This document shows positions 1 through 9,154 of a DNA stretch of 64,000 bases, piece after piece (the first letter of the stretch is position 1; each line of letters starts with the position of its first letter). A program made the position numbers and the translations under genes. The stretch spans positions 2,112,001 through 2,176,000 of the forward strand of contig OZ251459.1 of NCBI GenBank assembly GCA_965242525.1, in the 5' to 3' direction. Below the pieces are notes generated by a model. That model was not told where the DNA came from, searched no databases, and saw only the letters and a program-made list of their open reading frames with translations. This DNA comes from an uncultured Candidatus Binatia bacterium (GTDB lineage Bacteria > Desulfobacterota > Binatia > UBA9968 > JAJDTQ01).

Positions 1-722
1 CCGAAACGCTTACCGTCAAGGGTGCGCTCGACCAACGGAATTATCGTGAACTCCTTGACTGTTACCGCTCGCACGACCGCCGCTCGGAGATCCAAGATGC
101 GTTGAAGGACTTGCGCCTTCGATCCTCCCTGTACATCGACGACACGGAGCTTCAGTCGCTGGAGACCTTCGCCCGGCGCATGCGCGGGGAGATCTTCTTT
201 GCCGAACGCTGGATGATCGTCGAAGGACAAGCCGACTACCTCATCGTTCATGCGCTGGCGCATTCCATGGGATACGACCTTGACGAGCACGGCGTGTCCG
301 TCATCGACGCACAGAACAACGGCAAACCGGAAACCTTCGCGGTGCTGGCGAGGGCCCTGGGCATTCCGTGGCTTGCCGTCTTCGACGGCGATGACGCCGG
401 CAAGGGCTACGTGGAGCGAATAGGAAAGCGAGGGTTCAGCAACGAGGAACTGCGGCGTCGCTGTCGAACCCACGGCAGCGGAGGCCTGGAAGCACAACTC
501 GTGACCGACGGTCTCGGTCCGGAACTGCGGGAAATACTGGCCGAACTGGGCGAACAGAACGCCCATGACTTCGAAGAACAAGCGCTTCAGGCACGATTGG
601 GAAAATACAAGACTGCCTACGCCGCGACGTTGGCTGCCCGCCTCCGCGCTGACGCCACTCTGGCGGAACGTGCCCCTGAAGAATTCCGAAAGGCAGTGAG
701 GGATTTGCGAGGTCTGACATGA
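1..722 (+). CDS. OLD-family ATP-dependent endonuclease, C-terminal TOPRIM part (GajA-like); 5'-truncated by window edge
   Basis: Frame open from base 3; TOPRIM motifs EIFFA..MIVEGQAD and VFDGDDAG; ATGA overlap with downstream UvrD. Confidence 0.8.
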   Translation, partial: ETLTVKGALDQRNYRELLDCYRSHDRRSEIQDALKDLRLRSSLYIDDTELQSLETFARRMRGEIFFAERWMIVEGQADYLIVHALAHSMGYDLDEHGVSVIDAQNNGKPETFAVLARALGIPWLAVFDGDDAGKGYVERIGKRGFSNEELRRRCRTHGSGGLEAQLVTDGLGPELREILAELGEQNAHDFEEQALQARLGKYKTAYAATLAARLRADATLAERAPEEFRKAVRDLRGLT

Positions 723-2644
723 TGGACAACCTGTTGCAATCCACCCTCGCGGAGTTGACGCACGTCCAAAGGCAGGCTGTCGATTGGGACGATGGATCCC
801 TGCTCGTCCTTGCCGGACCCGGTTCCGGCAAGACCCGTGTCTTGACGTGTCGTATCGCCCGCCTGCTCGATTCTTCGCGTGACCGGCGATTCCGCATCCT
901 CGCTCTGACGTTTACCAACAAGGCGGCGAACGAGATGGCAAACCGGGTAACGGCCCTCGTTCCGGGGCTGGAGGGACGGGCCAACATCGGTACGTTCCAC
1001 CGCTTCTGTACGCAAGTATTGCAGCAACACGGAGTCCATGTGGGCATCCGTCCCGACTTTGCGATCTATTCGCAAGCGGAAGATCGGAAGGCGCTGCTGG
1101 AGGACGCACTCCTTCGCGACGACGGGCAGGCGGTCAGCCGCGAAGACGTGCGTTTCCTGCCGTTGATCGACCACTTGAAGGGCCGTCTGATCCGTCCCGA
1201 AGAGGCGGAAGAGCGGCTTGCGGCAACGAACGGATACATGGACCCTGGGCGTGCAGCGCGTGTTTACCGTCTGTATGAACAGGAGCTCCGCCGCGTGGGC
1301 GCCTTGGACTTCAACTCGTTGATCCTGGAAGCCCATCGGTTGTTCACGACCTTCCCCGCCATTGCCAGGCAGTACCAGAAGTCCTACCCCCACTGGCTGA
1401 TCGACGAGTTCCAGGACACCAACGGCGCTCAGTATGCACTGCTCCGCAGCATGGCCGTAGGCGGGTTTCGGGAAGTGTTTGCCGTGGCCGACGACGACCA
1501 GACGATTTTCGAGTGGAACGGCGCGAACGTCCGTCGAATCGGAGAGCTGGTCGAGGAATTCTCTTGCGCCGTCCTGCAACTGCCGACGAACTTTCGCTGT
1601 CCTCCGGTCATCGTCGAGGCAGCGAACCGTCTGGTCATGTACAACTCCCGCAGGGTGGTTCGGAAGCAACCCGCGGCCGCGGCCGGGAATGCTTCCTCAC
1701 CGTCGATGCCGGATGGAATCGAGTACCGCGAATTCGACACCGATTGCGAGGAAACGGCCGGCATAGCCGACGAGATCGGAAGGGGAGAAAGCGAGACCCG
1801 CAGCGGCACCGCGGTGCTGGCGAGAAACCATACGCTCCTGAACGCCATGCGGAACGCCTTCAAGGAACGTGCGATTCCGGCAGAGCTCACGTCGCGCCGT
1901 GACGATTTCATCTCGCCTCAAATGCGTTGGTTCGTGGCTTCCCTGAAGCAGATCCAGAGGCCCCTCGACAGGCGCAACCTGGCTGTACTGGTCGAGTCGT
2001 TCAACGGTTTCGCGGGTCCACTCCTGGATTGGGAGACACTGGTTTCACGGTCGGAAACCGACGGTATCACCGGACTTTCGGTCTGGACCGATACCGTTCG
2101 CAATGCCGGGATCTCCAGTGCCGAGAGTGAACTGGTTGACTCCATTGCAAATTTGGCCGCCGGAAGCATCAAGCTACGGACCGCTATCGAGCAGGTTCTC
2201 GCACACTTCGAGAACGGAGACCCGGACGACAATCTCAAGGAGGATCTGAGTGCCTGGCGCAGGATTGCGGGGGAAATCAGGGACACCCGGATTCATGCCT
2301 CGCTCGACGGGTTTCTCCGGGAATTGGACCTGCGATCGAAAGAACCCGTACCGAGGCCGGGGGCCGTCTCGCTCACAAGCATCCACGGCGCCAAGGGACG
2401 GGAGTTCGACACCGTGTACCTCATCGGTATGGCAGAGGAAGTCCTCCCGTCCTGGCAAAGCATCAGGAAGGGCAGCGCCACGCTCGAGGAAGAGCGCCGC
2501 GGATGTTTCGTAGCCATCACCCGCACCAGACGCCGCCTGATCCTGTCGCGGGCACATCGGTATCGGGGCTACGGGAAAGCTCCATCGCGTTTTCTCGAAG
2601 AAATGGGCTGCATGGGCGATCATGCGCCGCAACGGGTTGGATGA
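719..2644 (+). CDS. UvrD/Rep-family SF1 helicase (GajB-like)
   Basis: AGPGSGKT, LTFTNKAA, IDEFQDTN, DDDQTIF, TNFRCP, SIHGAKGREFD, EERR..VAITR motifs. Confidence 0.9.
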   Translation: MMDNLLQSTLAELTHVQRQAVDWDDGSLLVLAGPGSGKTRVLTCRIARLLDSSRDRRFRILALTFTNKAANEMANRVTALVPGLEGRANIGTFHRFCTQVLQQHGVHVGIRPDFAIYSQAEDRKALLEDALLRDDGQAVSREDVRFLPLIDHLKGRLIRPEEAEERLAATNGYMDPGRAARVYRLYEQELRRVGALDFNSLILEAHRLFTTFPAIARQYQKSYPHWLIDEFQDTNGAQYALLRSMAVGGFREVFAVADDDQTIFEWNGANVRRIGELVEEFSCAVLQLPTNFRCPPVIVEAANRLVMYNSRRVVRKQPAAAAGNASSPSMPDGIEYREFDTDCEETAGIADEIGRGESETRSGTAVLARNHTLLNAMRNAFKERAIPAELTSRRDDFISPQMRWFVASLKQIQRPLDRRNLAVLVESFNGFAGPLLDWETLVSRSETDGITGLSVWTDTVRNAGISSAESELVDSIANLAAGSIKLRTAIEQVLAHFENGDPDDNLKEDLSAWRRIAGEIRDTRIHASLDGFLRELDLRSKEPVPRPGAVSLTSIHGAKGREFDTVYLIGMAEEVLPSWQSIRKGSATLEEERRGCFVAITRTRRRLILSRAHRYRGYGKAPSRFLEEMGCMGDHAPQRVG

Positions 2645-2853
2645 AGATGACGACCAATGACCGCAGGCTGATCGAGGATTGCCTTCCCGTGGACTGGCCG
2701 AGTGCGGAGGCGCGAGCCGAACCGAGGACGAAGGGGCATATCTCGACCCTGCATCCGTGGCGCGCACGCCGGCCGCCGCCGGCGTGTCGAGCGGCGATCT
2801 ACTCCGCCCCGGCCAAGCCCTGGGGGACCCTGCCGAGGCCGCTCAGTCGATGA
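2641..2853 (+). pseudogene. Truncated, degenerate N-terminus of a DUF1156-type adenine DNA methylase
   Basis: MKMTTNDRRLIEDCLP...KGHISTLHPWRARRPPPACRAAIYS resembles the DUF1156 motif GHISTLHxWWARRPLxACRA; ATGA overlap with helicase; only ~70 codons. Confidence 0.7.
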
Positions 2854-3136
2854 TCTCGTATCGCTTGACCACCGCGCGGGCGCCCTGAAGGGCGCGGGCA
2901 TGGGACTGGATCGCCTGGTGGTCGTCGCTTTCGCGATAGCGGTCGATGTCCTCCTGGGCCTCCCACTCGGAGTAGGAGATGTATTCACCCGGGGAGTCCA
3001 TGCACTTCAGCAACTGCTCGGAGACGCAGCCCTTCTGGCGGATCATCAGCGGACTGCAATCCTCCTTCCAGATCCGCTCCGCTTCCCGGATCTGGCCGGG
3101 GTCAACGTTGACGTGGATCAGGCGAACGATGGCCAT
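2843..3136 (-). CDS. Antibiotic biosynthesis monooxygenase (ABM) family protein
   Basis: 97 aa MAIVRLIHV...YISYSEWE..DIDRYRESDDH; GGAGG RBS upstream. Confidence 0.8.
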   Translation of the reverse strand: MAIVRLIHVNVDPGQIREAERIWKEDCSPLMIRQKGCVSEQLLKCMDSPGEYISYSEWEAQEDIDRYRESDDHQAIQSHARALQGARAVVKRYEIID

Positions 3137-3261
3137 TGTGGTTCCTCCTGTGGGATTCATCCATGCGGCGACAGGGAGTGCACGATTTCCCGTGACGCCC
3201 GCTGGAGGATATTCGAAGACGGCACCGCATTGCAACGCGAGACCTTCCCCGGGCCGCGGCG

Positions 3262-4716
3262 CTACCGGTCCTCCACGATGCTGCCGCGCTCGATGACGAA
3301 GGTCCGGTCCAGGAGACCGGCGATGTGCACGTCGTTGGACTCGGCCACCAGCACCGAGGCGCCCTCCCGCTTGAGGTCGTCCAGGATCTCCACCATGCGA
3401 TGGGCGAAGATCGGGGCGATGCCTTCGCTGGGCTCGTCCAGCAGCAACAGCCGCGTGCCCCGCATGAGCGCCCGGGCGAAGGCCACGTACTTCTGCTGTC
3501 CGCCCGACAGGGTGGTGGCCCCGCGGCGCCGGAACTCCTCGACCTCGGGCATGAGACGGTAGATCCATTGCAGGCGTTGGCGGACGTCCCCCGCGCCGGT
3601 GGCCCACACCGGCAGCAGGATGTTCTCCTCCGCGGTCAGGTCGGGGACCAGCCGGCGGTCCTCCGGCATGAAGCCGATGCCCAGGTGGGCCCGGCCATGG
3701 GCCGGGGTAGCGGTGAGGTCCACGTCGCCGAGTTCCATGGCGCCGCGCCGGACCGGCAGCGCGCCCATGACCGCGCGCATCAGGGTGGTCTTGCCCGCGC
3801 CGTTGCGTCCGATGAGCCCGCACATGGAGCCGGAGGGGACGCTCAGCCGGACGCCGCGCAGTATCGGGGTGGCGCCGATGCGGACGTTGAGGCCGCTGAC
3901 CGAGAGCACCGGACGTCCGCCTTCCGACGGAGCCGGCCGCGGCGCCGCCTGCGCTTCCGTCTCCGCATGGCGTTCCCGGCCCAGCACGTATTCCCGAACG
4001 CTCTCGTCGCCAAGGGCTTGCCGGGTGGGGGCGTCGCAGATGATCGCGCCCTGGTAGAAGGCCAGCACCCGTTCCACGTAACGCTCCACGATCTCCATGT
4101 CGTGCTCGATGAACAGCACGGTGGTGCGCTCCTCCCGCAACGCCTGCATCAGGATGTCCATGACGCCGAACTTCTCCTCGGCGCTGATGCCGCTGGTGGG
4201 CTCGTCCAGCATGAGGAGCCGCGGCCGGCGCACCGTGGCCATGGCGATGTCCAGCAGCTTGCGCACGCCCTGGGGCAGCGCGGAGCCGGCCACGTCCCGG
4301 TACTCGGTGATCCGGTAACGGGCGAGGTGGGCCTCCACCCGGGCCGCGCGCCGGTCCGCTGCGAGGGGGGCCAGCAGCCCCGGACCGTCCTCCTCGGCAA
4401 CGCCGTAGGCCATCATCAGGTTGTCGAAGACGGTTTCGGAAAGGAACACCTGGGGGACCTGGAAGGAGCGGCAGAGGCCCATCCGGGCGATGGCGCGCAC
4501 CGAATGGCCGAGGATGCTGCGGCCCATGAACTCGATGGCGCCGCGGTCGGGGGCAAGGTACCCGGTGACCATGTTGACGAAGGTGGTCTTGCCGGCCCCG
4601 TTGGCGCCGATGACGCCCACGGTCTCGCCCTCTTCCACCGCCACGTTGACGTCCCGGGCCGCGGCCACCGCGCCGAAGGACTTCTCGAGACCGTGGACTT
4701 CCAGGACTGCGGCCAT
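3262..4716 (-). CDS. Branched-chain amino acid-type ABC transporter ATP-binding protein, fused LivG-LivF
   Basis: Two complete NBDs: GANGAGKTT..LDEPTSG..EHD and GRNGAGKTT..LSGGQ..LDEPSEG. Confidence 0.9.
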   Translation of the reverse strand: MAAVLEVHGLEKSFGAVAAARDVNVAVEEGETVGVIGANGAGKTTFVNMVTGYLAPDRGAIEFMGRSILGHSVRAIARMGLCRSFQVPQVFLSETVFDNLMMAYGVAEEDGPGLLAPLAADRRAARVEAHLARYRITEYRDVAGSALPQGVRKLLDIAMATVRRPRLLMLDEPTSGISAEEKFGVMDILMQALREERTTVLFIEHDMEIVERYVERVLAFYQGAIICDAPTRQALGDESVREYVLGRERHAETEAQAAPRPAPSEGGRPVLSVSGLNVRIGATPILRGVRLSVPSGSMCGLIGRNGAGKTTLMRAVMGALPVRRGAMELGDVDLTATPAHGRAHLGIGFMPEDRRLVPDLTAEENILLPVWATGAGDVRQRLQWIYRLMPEVEEFRRRGATTLSGGQQKYVAFARALMRGTRLLLLDEPSEGIAPIFAHRMVEILDDLKREGASVLVAESNDVHIAGLLDRTFVIERGSIVEDR

Positions 4717-4722
4717 GCCCGG

Positions 4723-5706
4723 TTACGCCCCTTTCCTCTCCGTTGGCGGCGCGTCCGCGCTCCGTCTCCGCCAACGCGCGTCCACCAGCGACCACAGCCC
4801 GTTGGGGAGGAACAGGATGATGAGCAGCAACGTGCCCCCCATGATGAGCTGCCACACGCCCGGGAACTGGTCGAAGGCATAGGTGCGGATGAGCTCGTAC
4901 ATGGTCGCGCCGATGAAGGGCGCCACCACGTTCCCCGTGCCGCTCAGGATGGCGATGAAGACGAAGTCCCCGGACACCGGCCAATAGACCATGGAGTCCG
5001 GGTCCACGTGGCCCACCGTGAGGGCGGCGATGGCGCCCCCGAACCCGCCCAGCAGCCCGGAGATGACATACTTGGCGTGGATCGCCCGTTCCGCGGAATA
5101 GCCCAGGTAACCCAGCCGGATCTCGTTCTCGCGGACCGCGGTGGTCATTTGCCCCAGGGTCGAGCGCAGGTACAGGTGCGCGAGGACCGCCGCCGCCCAG
5201 GTGAGGACCGCGGCGAAGACGAACAGGGCCGCCTTGTTCTCCGCGCCCAGGGGCGCGTACCCCAGGTAGGTGGTGGCCTCCAGGCTGATGCCGTCGGTGG
5301 ACCCCAGGTCTTCGAGCTTGGCCAGGACGCCGTAGAGGATCATCGAGAACGCCATGTTCAGGAGGGCGAAGAAGATGCCCCGGTACTGGCGCAGCAGGAA
5401 CCCCAGCACGAAAGCGAAGAGACCCGCCACCGCCACCGCGCAGGCGGTGGTGAGGAAGGCGTCGGTAAAGCCCAGGTACTTGCCCATCAACGCCACGGTG
5501 TAGGCGCCGAACCCGCAGTACAGGGCATGGCCGAAGGAGATCAGCCCGCAGCGCCAGAGCACCAGCAGCCCCAGGGCCACCGCGCCGCGGGCGAGGGAGA
5601 GCGTGAGGATGGCCCGGAACCACTCCGGCGCCACGAGGTTGAGCAGCAGCAGGACCGCGAGCCCCGCGGTCAGCCCCCACAGCGTCATGTCCCGGCGCCC
5701 GGTCAT
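4723..5706 (-). CDS. HAAT ABC transporter permease (LivM-like)
   Basis: Hydrophobic; GLISFGHA, AVRENE, ILSGTGN motifs; start overlaps the livH stop. Confidence 0.9.
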   Translation of the reverse strand: MTGRRDMTLWGLTAGLAVLLLLNLVAPEWFRAILTLSLARGAVALGLLVLWRCGLISFGHALYCGFGAYTVALMGKYLGFTDAFLTTACAVAVAGLFAFVLGFLLRQYRGIFFALLNMAFSMILYGVLAKLEDLGSTDGISLEATTYLGYAPLGAENKAALFVFAAVLTWAAAVLAHLYLRSTLGQMTTAVRENEIRLGYLGYSAERAIHAKYVISGLLGGFGGAIAALTVGHVDPDSMVYWPVSGDFVFIAILSGTGNVVAPFIGATMYELIRTYAFDQFPGVWQLIMGGTLLLIILFLPNGLWSLVDARWRRRSADAPPTERKGA

Positions 5707-6605
5707 ATCCTCCTCGCCCTTGCCGGCGCGAACAACCCCTGGGGCCGGAGGATCAGCACCAGCGCCATGATCATGTAGATGACGAACAACTCCAAGGCGG
5801 GTTCCTGGTGGACCGCGAACGCCCGGGCCACGCCCACCACCACCGAGCCGATGAGGGCGCCGGGGATGCTGCCCATGCCGCCGATGACCACCACCGCGAA
5901 GGCCAGCACGATCACCTCCACGCCGATGCCGGGCTGGACGGAAATGGCCGGGGCCTGGTAGGCGCCGCCCAGCGCGCCCAGGAACGACCCCACCATGAAG
6001 GTCACCAGAAAGACCTTGTTCACGTCGATGCCCATGGCCTGGGCGAGCTCCCGGTCGTGGATCACCGCCAGCAGCAGCTTGCCGAAAGTGGTCCGGTTGA
6101 GCCCGTACCACAGGACCCCGGCCACCACCGCGGACAGCAGCACCATGGACAGGCTGTAGTTGTCGAAGGGAAGCCCGGCGATGTCGGTCTGGCCCAGCAG
6201 GCCGAGAGGCTCCGCAGCGATGTAGGGGTCGGTTCCCCAGATCAGCAGCAACACGTCCTCGAGGGCCAGGAAGGCGGCAAAGGTGGCCAGGACGATGATG
6301 TGCTCGTCCTCGTGGTAGAGGCGCCGGAGCAGGCCGCGCTCGATGACCAGGCCGAAGAGGACGCCGAGGAAGACGGCCGCCAGCAGCATCACCGCGAACG
6401 CGCCGAACTGGGGCCACTCCACCCGGGCGTAGAGGATCAGCAGCGTGGCGGCCAGGTAGGCGCCGAAGGCGTAGAACGAGCCGTGGGTGACGTTGAGGAT
6501 CTTCTGGACGCCGCAGATGACCGTCAGGCCCACCGCCACCATGAACAGGTAGGAGCCATAGACGAGTCCATCGACGAGGATGACGAGCAGGAGTTCGGGA
6601 TCCAA
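5703..6605 (-). CDS. HAAT ABC transporter permease (LivH-like)
   Basis: GLTVICG..NVTHGSF, AFAVVVIGGMGSIPGA, ILRPQGLF motifs. Confidence 0.9.
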   Translation of the reverse strand: MDPELLLVILVDGLVYGSYLFMVAVGLTVICGVQKILNVTHGSFYAFGAYLAATLLILYARVEWPQFGAFAVMLLAAVFLGVLFGLVIERGLLRRLYHEDEHIIVLATFAAFLALEDVLLLIWGTDPYIAAEPLGLLGQTDIAGLPFDNYSLSMVLLSAVVAGVLWYGLNRTTFGKLLLAVIHDRELAQAMGIDVNKVFLVTFMVGSFLGALGGAYQAPAISVQPGIGVEVIVLAFAVVVIGGMGSIPGALIGSVVVGVARAFAVHQEPALELFVIYMIMALVLILRPQGLFAPARARRI

Positions 6606-6705
6606 CGTTTTCCCCTTGGCGCCGCGGCAGTGGTCGAAGCCGGGCGGAGACGGCCCGTGCGCCCGCCGGCGCCCGGGGGACGGAGGCGCCAGGGCCGTCC
6701 GCGGG

Positions 6706-8022
6706 TCAGCCGCACTTGGCGCCCTTCATGCCGCCCTCGAGCCACTCCACCGCGCCCACGCCGTCCGGCGGGTTCACGCACTCCGCGTCGAACACCTCCA
6801 CATCCTTGACCACCATCTCGCCCCTGGCGTCGTCCCACACGGTAAGGCCCCAACGCTCCTCTGTGATCGCCTGGTGGCCGTTGTTGAGGGACATCTTCAC
6901 GGTGGCAAAGGCCTCGAAGGTGGCTCCCTCCAGCGCGGCGATGACCTGCTCGGTGGAGGGAAACTTGCCGCGGTTGTCCTTCATGGCCCGGTCGTAGGCG
7001 TACTTGGCCGCCAACACGCCCTGGGCGAACTGGTAGGACGGCTGCGAGGGTGCTTCCCCGTAGGTCTTGCGGTATTCCTGCTGGAACCAGTTGTTGAGCG
7101 GCGTGTCGATGTCCACCGCGTACATGCCGTAGGGGCCGCGGGTGCCCACGAGCTGCCCTTCCGGGAACTTCCGGCCGAGCCGGTACGCCACCGTCTCGCC
7201 CACCGTCAGCACGAAGGTCTTGCGCCGGAACAGCCCCCGGGCGCTGGCCTGGGCGATCAACGCTTCCAGGTCGCCGCCCCAGAAGCTCGAATGGACCAGC
7301 TTCTGCCTGGCCCGAAGCAGCACCGAGATCTCGGAACCGTACTGGCCCGAGAACAGCTTGGGGAACTGCTGCTTGGCGGCCGGCTTCGCGCCCGGGGCCA
7401 CCGCCTGCAGGGCCAGGTGGAAGTCGCGCCAGCTATCCTGTCCCCATGCGTAGTTCTGGTTGATGCCGATGTAACCGTCCTTGAGCGTGTCCCCGAGGTT
7501 CGCGGCCACGTAGCGCGCGGCGCTGACGCCGCTGGCGGTCCCGTGGTTCAGGATGCGGAACAGGTACTTGGGCTCCTTCACCAGCTCCTCGAAGATCCGC
7601 GGGGTGCCGCAGACCGTGAACAGGGTCAGCACCTCCAGCTCCTCGGCCACCCGTGCGGTGGCGGCGCAGGTGCCGGACGAAACGTAGCCCACCACCACGT
7701 CCACCCCTTCCTTCTGCACCTTGTTGCGCAGCTCGGTGACCTGCCTGGTGCCGCCCCCGGCCTCGTCATAGACCAACAGATCGATCTTGCGGCCGGCCAG
7801 GCCCACGCCGTCGTAAGGCGCGGGCAGCGCGCCCTCGTTGATGGCGCGCACCACCAGCTCCGCGCCCTGCTTGGCCGGGACCCCGAAGGCCGGCGCGCCG
7901 GCGCCGGTGAGGAACGTCGGGACCGCCATCTTCACGGTCTGGGCCGAGACCCCGCCGGCCGCAAGCAACACGGCGAAAGCCGCGGCCAACGTCATGCATC
8001 CGGTACGAAGTATTGCGCTCAT
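6706..8022 (-). CDS. HAAT ABC transporter periplasmic substrate-binding protein
   Basis: Signal peptide ending VSA-Q; GYVSSG and NYAWGQDSW motifs; first gene of the liv-type operon. Confidence 0.85.
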   Translation of the reverse strand: MSAILRTGCMTLAAAFAVLLAAGGVSAQTVKMAVPTFLTGAGAPAFGVPAKQGAELVVRAINEGALPAPYDGVGLAGRKIDLLVYDEAGGGTRQVTELRNKVQKEGVDVVVGYVSSGTCAATARVAEELEVLTLFTVCGTPRIFEELVKEPKYLFRILNHGTASGVSAARYVAANLGDTLKDGYIGINQNYAWGQDSWRDFHLALQAVAPGAKPAAKQQFPKLFSGQYGSEISVLLRARQKLVHSSFWGGDLEALIAQASARGLFRRKTFVLTVGETVAYRLGRKFPEGQLVGTRGPYGMYAVDIDTPLNNWFQQEYRKTYGEAPSQPSYQFAQGVLAAKYAYDRAMKDNRGKFPSTEQVIAALEGATFEAFATVKMSLNNGHQAITEERWGLTVWDDARGEMVVKDVEVFDAECVNPPDGVGAVEWLEGGMKGAKCG

Positions 8023-8137
8023 GATCGCCTCCCAATATGCCCTATATCTATACTACCGGATCGTCTCACAATCGCACAGGCACGGCAACCGGGGCGCGTC
8101 CCCGAAAGCTCGTCCCCGGCTCCGACCCGGGCATGGC

Positions 8138-9154
8138 CTACATTCCCTTGGGTACGGTCATGCCGATTTCCTCGAAGTAGCGTTTGGCGCCCGGGTGCAC
8201 GGGCGAGGCCACCTGGTTGAAGACGTTCTCCCGCTTGATCGCGGACCGGAACGCGGCCGCCTTCTTGTAAACCTCGTCGATGTTCTCCCAGAACACCTTG
8301 GTCATCCTGTAGGCTACCGCGTCCGGCACCGAGGACCGGATGCCGATGCCGCCCCAGGAACCCACCGTGATCACGTCTTCGGTGTTAACTTGGTTCTTGC
8401 CGTAGGTCCCGGGCTCGATGACGTCCTGGGTGCGTCCCGCGCTGGCGAAGAGCTTGCGCGCGTCCGCGGAATCCAGCCGGTCTTTCGGGATGCCCAGGAA
8501 GCGGATCTTCGTGGTCAGCGCAATCTGCTGGATGCTGGCCGACGGGATCGCCCCGGGCTGGATCATGGCGGCCACTTGCCGGTTGCGAAAGGCGTCGATA
8601 CCGGCGCCCCACGGCAGTTTCCGAACCGTGAAGTCCTTGCCGCCGTCGAGCCCGCTGGCTCCCTTCACGATGCCCGCGGCGATGACCGTGGCGGCGCCCG
8701 CGGGCGGCCCGAGGAAGATCGTCTTGCCCTGGAAGTCCGCGATGGACCGGATGCCGGAGTCGGCGCGGGTCACCACATGGTAGGTGGCCAGCTTGAAGTT
8801 GAACAGCACCGAGGCCTTTTTCGCGATGTCCGGGCCGTGCTCGATGTTCTTGAACACGCGCGTGCCGTCGGTCATCCACACGTGCATCAGGGGAGACGAA
8901 TAGAAGATGTCCACCGTCCCCTGCGTCGCCTCCACGTAGTGCTTGGTGGCGACCCCCGTGGCGTTGAGCTGGATCTCGATGTCGCCGGCGTGCCGGTTGA
9001 CGATATCGGTGAAGGCCGACACGAACAGGAAGGGCGGCGTCCCCGGCCGGGTGGCCGACGCCTTCAGGGTCGTCTGCGCCTGCGCCGAGACGGCCGCCAG
9101 GCAGAGCAGCAGGGTTGCCGCCGCCCACGTCATGGTCTGGGTCATGGTCTTCAT
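8138..9154 (-). CDS. TAXI-family TRAP transporter solute-binding protein
   Basis: Signal peptide; YHVVTRADSGIRSIADFQGK and PVHPGAKRYF motifs. Confidence 0.85.
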   Translation of the reverse strand: MKTMTQTMTWAAATLLLCLAAVSAQAQTTLKASATRPGTPPFLFVSAFTDIVNRHAGDIEIQLNATGVATKHYVEATQGTVDIFYSSPLMHVWMTDGTRVFKNIEHGPDIAKKASVLFNFKLATYHVVTRADSGIRSIADFQGKTIFLGPPAGAATVIAAGIVKGASGLDGGKDFTVRKLPWGAGIDAFRNRQVAAMIQPGAIPSASIQQIALTTKIRFLGIPKDRLDSADARKLFASAGRTQDVIEPGTYGKNQVNTEDVITVGSWGGIGIRSSVPDAVAYRMTKVFWENIDEVYKKAAAFRSAIKRENVFNQVASPVHPGAKRYFEEIGMTVPKGM

